Assembly (NCBI RefSeq): GCF_006345805.1
Contig: NC_043004.1
Location: 102,858,001 to 102,922,000 of the forward strand
From: Octopus sinensis
Lineage: Eukaryota
Direction of reading: 5' to 3'
DNA: 64,000 bases
In this document: piece after piece, positions 24,377-36,872 of the stretch
Numbering within the stretch: the stretch's first letter is position 1
How the letters are laid out: each line of letters starts with the position of its first letter
Position numbers and translations under genes: made by a program
Notes under the pieces: model-generated
What the model was told of the DNA's origin: nothing
Seen by the model: only the letters and a program-made list of their open reading frames with translations
The model's database searches: none

Positions 24377-24661
24377 CTGAAAAAAGACAAGAAAATACAT
24401 TAAAATGGGAACTGGCCCAAAGAATTATCCCACATCACGTCTGTTTTTAAAGTACAAAACTTGCAGTTTTAAAAATGATTATAGGAAATTAAAACCTGCT
24501 GTAGTTTAATGTTATAAATTATGTTCCATAGTTGCTTTTATATCATTTCCAAAAGTAATTGAAGTATATAGACAGCGAATTTCATTAGAAACACAGTCAT
24601 GAATTGCCAAAGGTTAAAGTCAGAATCATTTATAATCTGTCAGTATATCAAATTTGACCAT

Positions 24662-25033
24662 TACTCCTTACTTGTTTCAGTCATTTGACTGCGGCCATGC
24701 TGGAGCACCGCCTTTATAGTTGAGCAAATCGAGACCAGAGCTTATTCTATCGGTCTCTTTTGCCGAACTACTAGGTTACAGGGACGTAAACACACCGGCA
24801 TTGGTTGTCAAGCGATCCTGGGAGGACAAACAGACACACAAACATATATGTATATATATACACATATACGATGGGCTTCTTACAGTTTCCATCAACCAAA
24901 TCCACTCTCAAGGCTTTGGCCGGCCTGAGGCCTATAGTAGAAGACACTTGCCCAAGGTGCCATGCAGTGGGATTAAACCCAGGACCATGTGGTTGGTAAG
25001 CAAGCTACTTATCATACAGCCACTCCTGCGCCT
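24662..25033 (-). mobile_element. Family A SINE, full length
   Basis: Reverse complement of the 19255 copy. Confidence 0.85.
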
Positions 25034-25041
25034 ATTCATGG

Positions 25042-25085
<44 letters not shown>

Positions 25086-25773
25086 AATAGAAAGAAAAAA
25101 ATTCTTGTAATCAAGATGCAGGTAAATAAAAATGCTAAAAATATAAATATACATGAAAAAGCTTCCATCAGTTTAAACTAATGTCAAAATATCAACCATT
25201 TTAGTTGCTGTGATCAAAAATTTTATTTTATATATATATACACTCCAATTATATAAACATGATGTTATGACAGAATTTAGGAAAACAGACAGAGCAATAT
25301 TCTAAACTGTAAGTAGCCAGAAAGACACGGAAAAACTGATATAATGTTAAAAGGTAGAGAGGACAGTGAAGTTATTTATTTTACTAGTTGAGTCAATGTT
25401 AAACACTGCATAGCTTTTAAAGCAGCTGTAAACTCTGCAAGCAACTCTTAATTAGACAAGTATTATTCAGTTATGTAGATATACTTATCTTTATGTTTAA
25501 CAATCATAAATGATACATTAGGGTAAATAGAAAAGCAAAAGAAACCCACATTTTATATTTACGTTTTATCTTATAGAATCACACCACCATCATCAATTAA
25601 TAAGCCCGTTGGTCGTACTGTTTAGTTTCAATGACGTAAAGTATAAAGTAGTTAACAGATACCAGCCATCAGTACATTTTGGTGTCCGTAGCAGTATAAT
25701 ATGGTAAAATGTTTTATTGAATTATACTGCCATACTAAGTTTTAAAAAACTAACTATTCTTTTATTCTTTCTT

Positions 25774-26135
25774 TCTTTTACTTGTTTCAGCCATTTGACT
25801 GCGGCCATGCTGGAGCACCGCCTTTAGTCGAGCAACTCGACCCCGGGACTTATTCTTTGTAAGCCCAGTACTTATTCTATCGTCTCTTTTGCCAAACCGC
25901 TAAGTGACGGGGACATAAACACACCAGCATCAGTTGTCAAGCAATGCTAGGGGGACAAACACAGACGCACACATATACGACGGGCTTCTTTCAGTTTCTG
26001 TCTACCAAATCCACTCACAAGGCTTTGGTCGGCACGAGGCTATAGTAGAAGACATTTGCCCAAGGTGCCACGCAGTGGGACTGAACCCGGAACCATGTGG
26101 TTGGTAAGCAAGCTACTTACCACACAGCCACTCCT
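25774..26135 (-). mobile_element. Family A SINE, full length
   Basis: Reverse complement of the 19255 copy. Confidence 0.85.
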
Positions 26136-27979
26136 ACAAACTAGTTTGTAAACACAGTAGACAAAGGATCTGTAGTGTCTTACTCAGAAAATAAACGTCA
26201 CATTTGTTTCGAACCTAAAACACTATATACTAAATTTGTTTGTAAGGTGACACTAGTTATACTAAGGCATCAACATGAAACATCACGAAGATAAACAGAC
26301 AAAATAATTCCTTGAACTCGAAAAAATGTGTATACCTATGGAATTAGCAGCCAAGGCTTTTGATCACACATAGGTTTGTTCAATCTAAACACATACATTC
26401 ATTATTTTAATTAAACTCAAACTTCTCAGCTCAAGGAGTAAATAGGAAGGACAGTCAAATCAGCCCTGCGTAAAAATGCAGTTCTTTTGCTTGAACAGCA
26501 AAATTAAGTAACGATATGTATGCCACTGAAGATATAACTAATGGAATGGTCATTTTTGTAAAATATTTCGAATTAATAACTATAATCAACTTCTCATCCT
26601 ATAAGCTATATATTATTTTCCGCCCCAATTAGTCATGGAGGGAAGAGCAGTGCTCTTGACTGTTAATTGTTCAAGGACTCCCAAGATTGGTAGAAAGAAA
26701 GGAGGAAGTTATCTTCAGACTGGAGACATGGCTTGAATTATTGCAACTGAATGGCCTCTGCCAACAGTACTACAGAGCACTGGATTGAACAACCACAAGG
26801 TGGGTGAAATAGTAAAACTGTGATGAGAAATACATGAAATATTTTTGAAAATACAAATCTATTTTTCACATAATACAATGTAAAGTATGAACATTTATAG
26901 GACAAGAACTCATTAATTAATAGCTTAAAGAGCTGCGAAAGAAATAAAATGAGTAAAAGTTCTTAGGTGAAACCTTAACCATGCAATCTTTCTGAAATAT
27001 TGAAAGTTAGATTTGATGAGGGTCCCTTGTACCAACTTTAATGCATTTAGTGTTCTACCTAAACAAGTTATGGGCAGTAGTATCATCATTTGACATCTGC
27101 ATTCCATGCTGGCATGGGTTAGACACTTTGACAGGAGTTGGCAAGCCAGTGGACAGTGCAAAGCTCTTTTGTCTATTTTGGCATGGTTTCTATGGCTGGA
27201 TGCCATTCCTAAGGCTAACCATTTCATAATGTACTGGGTGCTTTTTACATGGCACCAGTACCACTGGAGTCACAAAGTAACTTGCAAGACAAAGACTCAC
27301 ATGACAAGGAGTGGGAGTAGTATTGAGGGAGGAGGTGGCTTTGTGCCAGTTGATCAGAGGTTTAAGTATAAAAGAGCAATAGAGATGGGTGTCTTGCTTT
27401 AGATGAAAACACATGGCTACCCCAGTTGGAAGTGAAAGGAAGATGGCAGTGGAGGAGAGTGTTGGACATACTTTCAAGGTACAGTGGAGATGAAGGTAAG
27501 TGAAGTGGTACAAGGGATTGGACAGGATGAATGGGCAGGAGGATGCTTCAATAGAGTGTGAAGAAAGATGGTTAGAGATGGGGCAGAATTGAGATGTATA
27601 GGAGTGGCTCAGAAAGGGTACTGACAGTCATAGGTATAAGGTGCAGCAGAAGGGGGAGAGAGAACAATGAATGAAGACACAGAAAGGGGATGATGCATGT
27701 GTGTGTGTGTGTGTGTGTATAATAGTGAAATAGGTTGGATGCTTTGACAGGATCTGATAAACCACAGGGTTGCACAGAACTCTAGTGTCAACTTTAGCAT
27801 GCATTGTATGTGTATGCATGCGTGGGTGTATATATATGTACACACACATACATAGATGTTTAAGCTATAAAACCATTATATTTTTTACTGGAAAACTACC
27901 AAGTAGAATGAAGTAAGCAATAGTTTAATATCATTAAAATGTATTGCTAATATTTTACTTGGTGTGACTAGCTATTACA

Positions 27980-27993
27980 GTTACCATAGCAAC
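27980..27993. promoter_or_regulatory. RFX X-box-like palindrome GTTACCATAGCAAC
   Basis: Matches the GTTRCCATRGYAAC consensus. Motif match only. Confidence 0.3.
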
Positions 27994-28980
27994 TTAAACC
28001 AATAGTGCTTCTTTGTTGAAATTGGAAACTAGAGAGAATTAGGAGAAAAGCAGGATTCCCAGTTTCTACTAAGACAAACAAAGGATGATGTGTGAGTATA
28101 TATATATATATATATATGAAGTGAACAGAAGGAAGAGATTGCACATATCAAAAATGATCAGAGAGAATTCTAAGACAACGAGGGAAAATAAAAGTACTAG
28201 AATTTATTTAATTAAATTAAAACTCTTCAAAGTGTTGCTCTACCATGGCTGCAGTCTAACAGGTAAAAAAATGCGAGATTTGGCCTTGATTGTTTTTTTG
28301 CGTGTGTGTGTAATAATACATTTAGGACCACATCATTCAATATACAGTTTCGTTTTTGAGATGGCAGGATATAATTAAGATTTGACTGATCTTTCTAGCA
28401 GATCAAGCAAACTCGTAAGCTCTTGCTTTGGTTAGTTTTGGCTACAAGCTATGTAAAATTTTAATAGAATAGAACTATCTTGTAGATTGTGAATTACATT
28501 TCAGTTGCACATGGTTACCTCTTCTTAACTACTAAGTCTAACTTAATAAAATAAATGACTGAGGTTATAATTAGAGATACTATCTGAAAGAAAAAAGAAT
28601 TTCATTGTGAAAAATCTAATCAGAAATACTATGCTGTGAGTGGAGGGGGAGAAGACTTCACTGTTGTTGATATTAATCCATCTAAGAATTTAGAACAAGT
28701 ATTATTAATGAGTCAGTTATAGACACTATTTTACAGAAATAAAGAAAATTCATCCAAAATAATTCTATTTGATGTTTAGAAAAAACAATATTCATTTCTT
28801 ACAATGTATATATAAAAACAAAATGGTTGATTGAGAGAAATAAAAGCTACATAACTCACAATAGGAATCTATTGTAAGCTATGTATCTTAATTAACAATC
28901 CACTACCACCATGGTGAACACCATAGGGAAAGAGGTAAGCTTCCAGCAAACTGAAACCATATAGAATTCACTTCACTTAC

Positions 28981-29162
28981 ACTACTAAGCTTTTTGGAGA
29001 GGACTTTTGTGCCTAGTCAAAAAGTAAAGCGATATTTCATCACGTCTTGCGTTAGCTGCTGCAGAAGTTCCATCTTTTCCTTCGTCTTTAAGCCCCAACT
29101 ACCACCTGGTGCCTGGTGATGAATAGAGAGCTTTGGCCGTGCGTAAATGGCAAGTACAGAAG
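28981..29162 (-). other. Candidate alternative 5'-leader exon of ODC containing an AUG uORF MELLQQLTQDVMKYRFTF* ending in UGA-CUAG
   Basis: Acceptor ctgtttgtattttccatactctctgcag, donor AGT|gtaagt. 182 nt of unique sequence. ATG at 29073 (aagATGg), TGA at 29019-29017. The frame continues open to the donor and joins exon 24376 in the uCC frame. Confidence 0.55.
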
Positions 29163-30655
29163 CTGCAGAGAGTATGGAAAATACAAACAGGTAGAGATGT
29201 GGAAGTTACCAAATCTATCAACTTTCAAGCAAAAGCAAAATTACAAGTATATATATTTCATTTTCCCCTACATCTCACAAACGAATCCCAACAAAATTGT
29301 CTGCTAAACTGATTCATAAGTCATGCTGTATGTATACATACATATATATATATATATAATATATATATATATATTATATATATATATATAATATATATAT
29401 ATATATGTACACACACACACACACACACAGCACGGTACATTTGGTTTCTTTCACTGGCTATGCTATTCTCTGATAAAGATTACAAAACAATAAGACAAAT
29501 ACAAAGTGAGTGCATTTCCCTGATAATTCACAATTGAAATCACTGCCTACATTTTGTTTTAATAGATAATATTAAAACTGTGATTGCACAATATTCTGAA
29601 ATAGCTTACTTGATATGATAATCGTGCATATATACTTTACATATAAACTATTACTATGTATTCAACACAGTCCTTCATGAAAATACCAAAGTCTTCCCAA
29701 TATTCCATATTCCTAGCCCACTTACACATCAAAGACTTATGCCTCATAAGGCATAAGTCTTTCACATTAAGACCTATGCCTTATGAAAAACTATTGCTGC
29801 TTTTAAATCTGCAGTACTGCCTAAGTCATTAGATTTTAGGTAATTGCCACCTTATGAGGTAAGTGTGGCAGAAGAAAAGGAAAAATACACATCTACAAAA
29901 TTCCTTCACAATATCAATGCTAACTTCTAAAAATCACTCTCAGCTAATTCATTTGAAACTTACAACTATAACACTACTACAATGAATATAAACTAGATCT
30001 TTAAAATATAGTTTTAAAAAGCAATATTTACATAAAGCAAAAGTAGAAAATATTTTATATTCTAGGTTTAATTACATTGGTTTACTGAGATACCATGAAA
30101 GTACCCTGTACAAAACTTTTATCGGAAACACGCTATGGACCCTAACACTGTTACTTTGTGTAACCATTGTTCCTACCTTATCATACTTGAACAAGCTGTT
30201 GCTATTGAAAAATTGAAATTCCAACCATCAACAGTGGAAGAGCAACAAGTGGTCTATTCAAAATTACAGAAAGAAAAACAGCAATGGACCCAGTAATAGG
30301 ATGGTAGGGTAAGAAACGGGCAGTGCAAATTCAGCATGTACACGCTTCTAAGTGGTACTAAGAGTACTAACGTAATAGTATACACAATCATTTTGAAAAC
30401 TTACAAATTTTGATTGATGGTCATTGTTTCGACCCAGGTCATATCTGAAGAAGCAGATCTGACAAAAGGCAATCTAGCCATAACAGTTCTGTCTTTCTTC
30501 ATCAAACTATTTTATCTAATGTGTTCCTCCATTTTTAAAGACACTAGGAGGCTTGGTAGTTAAATTTAGCAGATCGAGAGCTTTCAACTTGTGAATGTTG
30601 TTGGCTCTAAAAAATGTGATTTGATAAGGACGGAGTAAAGGGCCAAAAGAAACTT

Positions 30656-30884
30656 CATCATCGTCATTTAGCGTCCGCTTTCCATGCTAGCATGGGTTGG
30701 ACGGTTCAACTGGGGTCTGAAGCCAGAAGGCTGCACCAGGCCCAGTCTGATCTGGCAGTGTTTCTACGGCTGGATGCCCTTCCTAACGTCAACCACTCCG
30801 CGAGTGTAGTGGGTGCTTTTTACGTGCCACCTGCACAGGTGCCAGACGGAGCTGGAAAATGGCTACGGACGGATGGTGCTTTTT
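30656..30884 (-). mobile_element. Family C repeat (older diverged copies at ~1586-1780, ~9848-10050, ~27081-27280)
   Basis: catcgtcatttagcgtccgctttccatgctagcatgggttggacgg head on the + strand. Confidence 0.8.
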
Positions 30885-31363
30885 GACCCTAGTTATACAA
30901 ATATTTTTTTTATCAAACCTTTTATGTTTATGCTGTCAATATCACTTGAATAATGCCTTGAACCTGAGATAGAGAGATAAGTGTTCAAAAACACAAAAGA
31001 ATAAAACAAGTTAGAAAATTCAGGATAGAATCATTTTATTGTTATTTACAAAACTATAACAGATGCAATTGAATTTTAAACAAGTTGAACACGTAACACA
31101 TGAGAAAAATAACCAAAAGGCACAATCAAAGCATTAAAACAAAAAGCTAATACTATCATGGACATTCATTTCAGCAATCAGCAGTTAGTTTCCATATTCT
31201 GAAAGATTTCCAACTTTGGCACAAGGGTACAAGTTAACTTTACTCGACCCTCAGTGCACGACTTATTTTATCGACAGGAGAGGAATGAGAAAAAATTGAC
31301 ATAGTAAAGATATAAAAGAACTATGTTATTCAATAAAATTCTGTCTATTTCTACAATCAGACA

Positions 31364-31758
31364 TCTTTATACATAAAAGTGAAGTTGTGTGTCTGTCTGT
31401 CTCCTACGATTTAGATTCCTAACTACTCCCACATTTTGCGGTGCAGTTTAACCAAAACAGGGTATCTTATAGTCGTGATTCATATCGAGCCCTTCTGGGT
31501 ATTAGCGCGCGTCTACGATGAGTCTACGATTTAAAAATAAATTTACCATCAGTTTTTCCCATTTTTAATGCATTTTTGGCATATAAGGAAGTAACTCTCT
31601 AAAAATTTATTAAATCTCAGAACGTAAAAAGCTACAGTAACAGCCTCCCCCCCTTTGTGGTTAGCCATATTGAGATGGCTATTATACTTTACATCTCTAA
31701 AAATGCGTATATAGTTATTTCCCTTACAAACCCGAGCAACGCCGGGCGATACTGCTAG
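31364..31758 (+). mobile_element. Non-autonomous Helitron-like element
   Basis: A|TC 5' end, subterminal hairpin CCCG-agcaacgc-CGGG, CTAG|T 3' end, no TSD; three copies in the window. Confidence 0.85.
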
Positions 31759-33020
31759 TCACAAATAATTAAATAACGAGTTGATTGATACTAGATAAAG
31801 CGTTTTTTTTTTTTAAATAGGCAACCTTGTGACTAAGGATTAGCTAGTACTACAGGCAAAACACGGAGGCAGAAAGAGAAAAACTATAGTAAATAAGTTG
31901 TATTTATAATCACAGAATGTGTAAAGGAAGACCATTCGGAAAGCACATGGCAGCAAAAGCTGAGATAAGTGCTTTAATATTGGGAAAGAGATCAGGCTGG
32001 AACCTGAAATACCATTTCATTTAAGGCAGAGGTAGAATAGTCGAGTAAAGCGTTTCCAGGTTCTTCGACGATGTAAAAGAAATAAAACTCTCCACAGCTA
32101 CTACAACTAGTCATATGCGGCATTATCTACTGCTGTGAAACCAGAGATTGCGGTGGACTTGTTTCACGCATTTACATGAACTTTCGGAGAAACGAATACG
32201 TACACAACACATACACCGAGACACTAATAACAATGTCTTCAGAAATGGCTTCTCTCCATCCAAGAATTTCCGAGACAGATGGACGCGACTAAAACAGCCA
32301 TGGCTATCTGACATTATCTTAGCCGAGAACTTGTGTTGAAGCTAATTGCCTGCAAGGTAGAGAAACAGGAAGAACTCAACACAATTTCATAACAAGACAA
32401 TGTGTGCCAACGAATGTGTGTATTAAAAAAAAATCGATATGGTCACCTTGACACACAACCAAGGTAGAAACGTTAATCAGATTGACACACACTACACAAC
32501 CCAATCAGAAACGACTTGAACATACAAAGCTCAGTCGGACTGACAATAAATACAATACAGATTAACTGGATTGTACACACAAAATCCAGACTACACACAC
32601 ACACACATTAAACAGCCTTACTATGGAGAGGGATAAAATGCCCAATGCCAAAGACATAATCTAAACGCACTGCCTTCTTCAGGGTATTGAGAGAGAGAGG
32701 CGGGGTGTACGACGGTCAGCTGGTAATGAATAAATACATTTCTAGAAATGTCACGCAGTAGAAAGCAGTCGATGTTAGAACGTTTACGAATGATTTTATA
32801 AGATTGAAGCATTCAGCGAAGTAATAAACCCCTACAACTTGGTGGATAGTGGTTTCTTTCCAGGAGCAGGGAAGATAAAGCCCCCCCCCCCAAGGACATC
32901 AGTGAATATATTCTAGGGTGAATCGAAAAATCCTCAGTTTATGAACTTTCAATTTACAGTTCTCGATAATCATAAGGCTTCGATTTAAATCAATTTCAAA
33001 CCAACCTTGAAGCAACTCAC

Positions 33021-33051
33021 CCGTCACAACAGCTTCAGTCCAGACGAAACT
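33021..33051 (-). other. Candidate short alternative first exon (or 29-nt internal micro-exon) of ODC
   Basis: Strong donor CGG|gtgagt at 33020. Upstream TTAGTTTC could be an initiator-like element or an acceptor (tttttag). Sits at the edge of a CpG-containing zone. Confidence 0.35.
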
Positions 33052-36000
33052 AAAAATTACAGCATAGACTCTAGAATCAGGGCTTTACTCGGACATAGTA
33101 ATAATAATAATGATAATAAATATATGTAAGCAACAGATGACTGTTGAATGCCGACGCATGTACATAAAAGGATATTTTTGATAAGAAAAGCTGGTTATTC
33201 AATGCCCATTTAACTATAAACTGTTCAATATAATCAATGAGAAATAGTAGAGGGTTGCAGAGACTGGCAATGGCCAGAGAGGAGGTAAGGCATTGGACAG
33301 CAGAAACTAGCAGACCATCGTTGTGTCCAGCAGCATAAATGATGTGTTTTACAGGACAAAACTACTGGAAATTTCATAAGCAACAAGCAAAGCCGGTTTA
33401 TTCTATTTTGATGAAGCACTTTCTGAAAGAGACATGTTTTGAACATTAGATATTTCTTTTATATTATTAATTACTCCTTCGTAGTGAATTAGCTGCTATT
33501 TCTAACTGGTTGAGAGGCCACATAAAACTTACTGCCTGAAGAAATAGCAGTCAAATCTCCCCTAAATCACATACAAGTCTTCAAAAGAGGGATGCATTAA
33601 GGATAATGCGGTTCTCAATTCTGTCTACATTTAAAGAGGTGACAATAGTCACGGTTTGCACTGCCTAAGATTAAAAGTTCATATCATATAAGTGTACAAA
33701 CGAAGCACATTGCAATCCAGTGAAGGAAACATTTTCTATTCATCAACTCTGTTATAGACTGGAAATAATAAATGTTACCAAATAACGACGGTGACCAATT
33801 AGGGGAGAATTAAAAGGCTGTTTTTTTTTTTATTAAACTGTCACAATTCCGATTTAGACATTAATAATACGTGGGCAAAGAAGAAAGGTAGAAACAGGTG
33901 AGAAACTAGAGAACCAATAGTAATAATAATAATAATAATAAACATAGAGCAAACATATTTCTCGTCTCGACTGAATAAATAATGAAGAATAAGGGAATAA
34001 ATAATGGAGAATAAGGGAATAAATAATGAGTATATTCTCTCATTCTCTCCACACAGATTTACAAAGCCTCTAAGCATTCGCTCGAGCTGCTTGAAACAAG
34101 AGCTAAAATCTCCTAAAAATCGAAGCCTATTAATTTTTTAAACGGGACATATTGGACAATGTGGTCCTAGAAAAACAAAAGAGAAGACTGTCATGGTCGG
34201 AACGCTTCTGACTGTCTGTTAGTCGACACGATCAGAACTGAACACACACACAAACAATGTAACATGGCCGACAGTTAATAATGTGAGCAGGTGGTGGTGG
34301 AGATGGTTGCCACGTGTGGTACCAGAGATAAAAGTCAATGTTGGTTTGACTGTCACACTAATCAACTGAAAGTGAAGTCATCAGTATAAAATTAGAAACA
34401 ACAGTTGCTCGCTGTTTCAAATAACAATAAAATGATTTTGGTAAAATTAGCAGATATAACGAAGATACCGGAGAACACCAGTTTGTCCCAGCCTACATGA
34501 GATTATCTAAACTCTCAATCGGCTTGCTATAAAAAATAAGATTTTCCACATTTTTTTTTTCGGTCTGCAAAACTAAAGATACTATACATAGTCCACTGCC
34601 TTATAAAATAAAAGGATGCGATGGTCGTGGCTCGGAGCAGTTGTAACCAGAGGTAAAAACCGTCCCACGTTGCTAAAACCACTGGCGAAAACCTTAAGTC
34701 CCATTATACATATAGCGAGGGTTTAGACCATGTGTTAAGAAACCGATCTCATCTGGAACAAGATGGGATGGTCTTGACTGGAACATTTTTGATCTGGCAC
34801 TAAAACAACAGGCTTCTCTGACCAACTCGCACACTGTTCTATCTTTTGTTTTTCTAGTTTATAAACAGCTTCCGAGAGAGAGGGAGAAAGAGAGATTTGT
34901 TACGCTAATAGTACTAAAGTAAACTTGATAATTATATGCAACAAAAAGAACTGCTACGAATTCAATGCTTGGCTGGCTAGTAAAGAACGAAAAAATTAGC
35001 AACATGGGGGGGGGGGTCAGAGGTCGGATAGAAATTATATTTAAACTACTGTCCGAAATCACATGGTTTAGAATTTAGCCAAAGTAAGACATGAAACCGA
35101 AGACTGATTGTGATTAAGTGGGGGTAGTAAAAAGCAACAATTCTAAGGCGAAACGATCAACATTCTGCAGAGTGAACCGATTGTGGGACACGAAAAATTA
35201 CTGGAAACACAATGTGATGTATAACATGCGGAGCTGAGTATATAAACACTGATACAAAGAGGAAAACAGAAAAAACGCCTACTAAACACTCGCAGGCTTA
35301 AAACCATTCCAAATAGCAACACAACCAAACGCTCCAACGGAAGAAAGTACGGAAACTATTTAGCATGGATCTAAGGAATAAGATTGAGTATGACCCCTCT
35401 TAAGATCTGAAAAGCCGAGGTGCCAAGTTGAGTGGTGGACATTATTAGACACACACACAAATTACAGTAGAATAAACATCCCGCTAAGGTTTATTATTCA
35501 ACGTGTGAATGAAATAATAAAAAGATTACTCGATAGAAATGCCACAATTTAAAAAGAGTAAAATATAAGTCTCACTTTATGTTTTGTAGACATATCCATC
35601 ACACACAGGCACGTGGCATTGCAGTTAGATTAAGGCAGCGGGCTTCGATTGCTCTGCTAATTATCTGGTACGAATTGTCCTTCGTTCCATTTCCTCATCG
35701 ACAGTTTACTACCGTCGGCGTTCTTATTTTAGGTGTTGAAGCTGTTCACCTACTGAGCAAAACGGCTCATTTCAAGTTGCTCCAGGGGGCTGGTACAACC
35801 CCCCTTTTTCCCCTGTAGTTATCACATCCTGGATGCTTCCTGAGGATCAAGAGGCAGAGCGGTCTCTCTGTCGGCTCACGACGACAGAGGCACTTAAAAC
35901 AATTAGCAATAGTGCGCGCGCACGCACACACATGAACCAGCGCATGTCTCGAAGTATTTTGCATATATCCCACCCCGTATTGGGTTAGCAAAAAGAGAAT

Positions 36001-36660
36001 ACAATAAACAATGATATACAAAAGGGACACAATTGAAACGACAGACCATAGAACTGCTCGATTAAGTTGACCGAGGTTAAACAACATGAATGTGTATTAA
36101 CCAAATTCAAAGCCAACTTGATCATAAATATTCATCAGGCTGACCCGATTAAATAGATTGGCCAACAAAAGTGCCCCAGCAATGGCTGTCTGCTAATGTC
36201 TTAAAGACTACGCCATTCGAGGTGTCCTTCCTTTTGATGTTTTAATGATCTTGTTTGTAGGCATAGTGACATCAACATGGCTGGTGTTATTAGACAAAAG
36301 GTAGGCGAAGAATTTCTGAGGACTCACGTCTCTAAGAAGGAAGAAAAGATTGAAATGTGATTAGTAAGGGACTATGGGTGACGAATACACACTATGCGTT
36401 TATGACCAAGTCGGATGGGCCTAAATAGAGATAAGACTTGATTAGTCAGCTATATATTAGCAGTGAATGAGACAGAAGTACGAATTGCTATCTTTTAGCA
36501 GATCAGGCAACCTCTCAGAAGCTCTCGTTTGCTCGATGAAGTTTAACCTGGCATATTGTGTTACAATATTATTTGGAAACAGACGACAACCATAAATGAA
36601 CAATTTCAGTAACTAATACCAATCGACAGAAGTATTACTTATCTGGATGTGAATTATTCT

Positions 36661-36872
36661 TTTCTACTCTAAGGCACAAGGCCCGAAATTTTGGGTGAGG
36701 GGGCCAGTCGATTAGATCGACACCAGTACACAACTGGTACTTAATTTATCGACCCCGAGAGGATGAAAGCAAAGTCGACCTCGGCAGAATTTGAACTCAG
36801 AACGTAAAGACAGACGAAAAACAGCTAAGCATTTCGACCGGTGTGCTAACGTTTCTACCAGCTCGCCGCCTT
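36661..36872 (-). mobile_element. Family B SINE
   Basis: Shares the body and head with 9267-9498. Confidence 0.8.

Noticed and set aside
29017-29019. UGA read as selenocysteine
   Set aside because: A SECIS would be expected in the 3' UTR, which is off-window; there is no supporting evidence here.
29013-29022. UUU-UGA-C resembles an antizyme-type +1 frameshift site
   Set aside because: The +1 frame reads GAC-UAG and stops at once, so there is no product; only in-frame readthrough reaches a meaningful sequence.
34311-35615. Two CACGTG E-boxes in intron 1 (vertebrate ODC is a Myc target)
   Set aside because: Two 6-mers in 17 kb are within chance expectation, and no conservation data are available.
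35866-35889. 8-bp hairpin CTCTGTCG/CGACAGAG
   Set aside because: Short enough to occur by chance in 64 kb.
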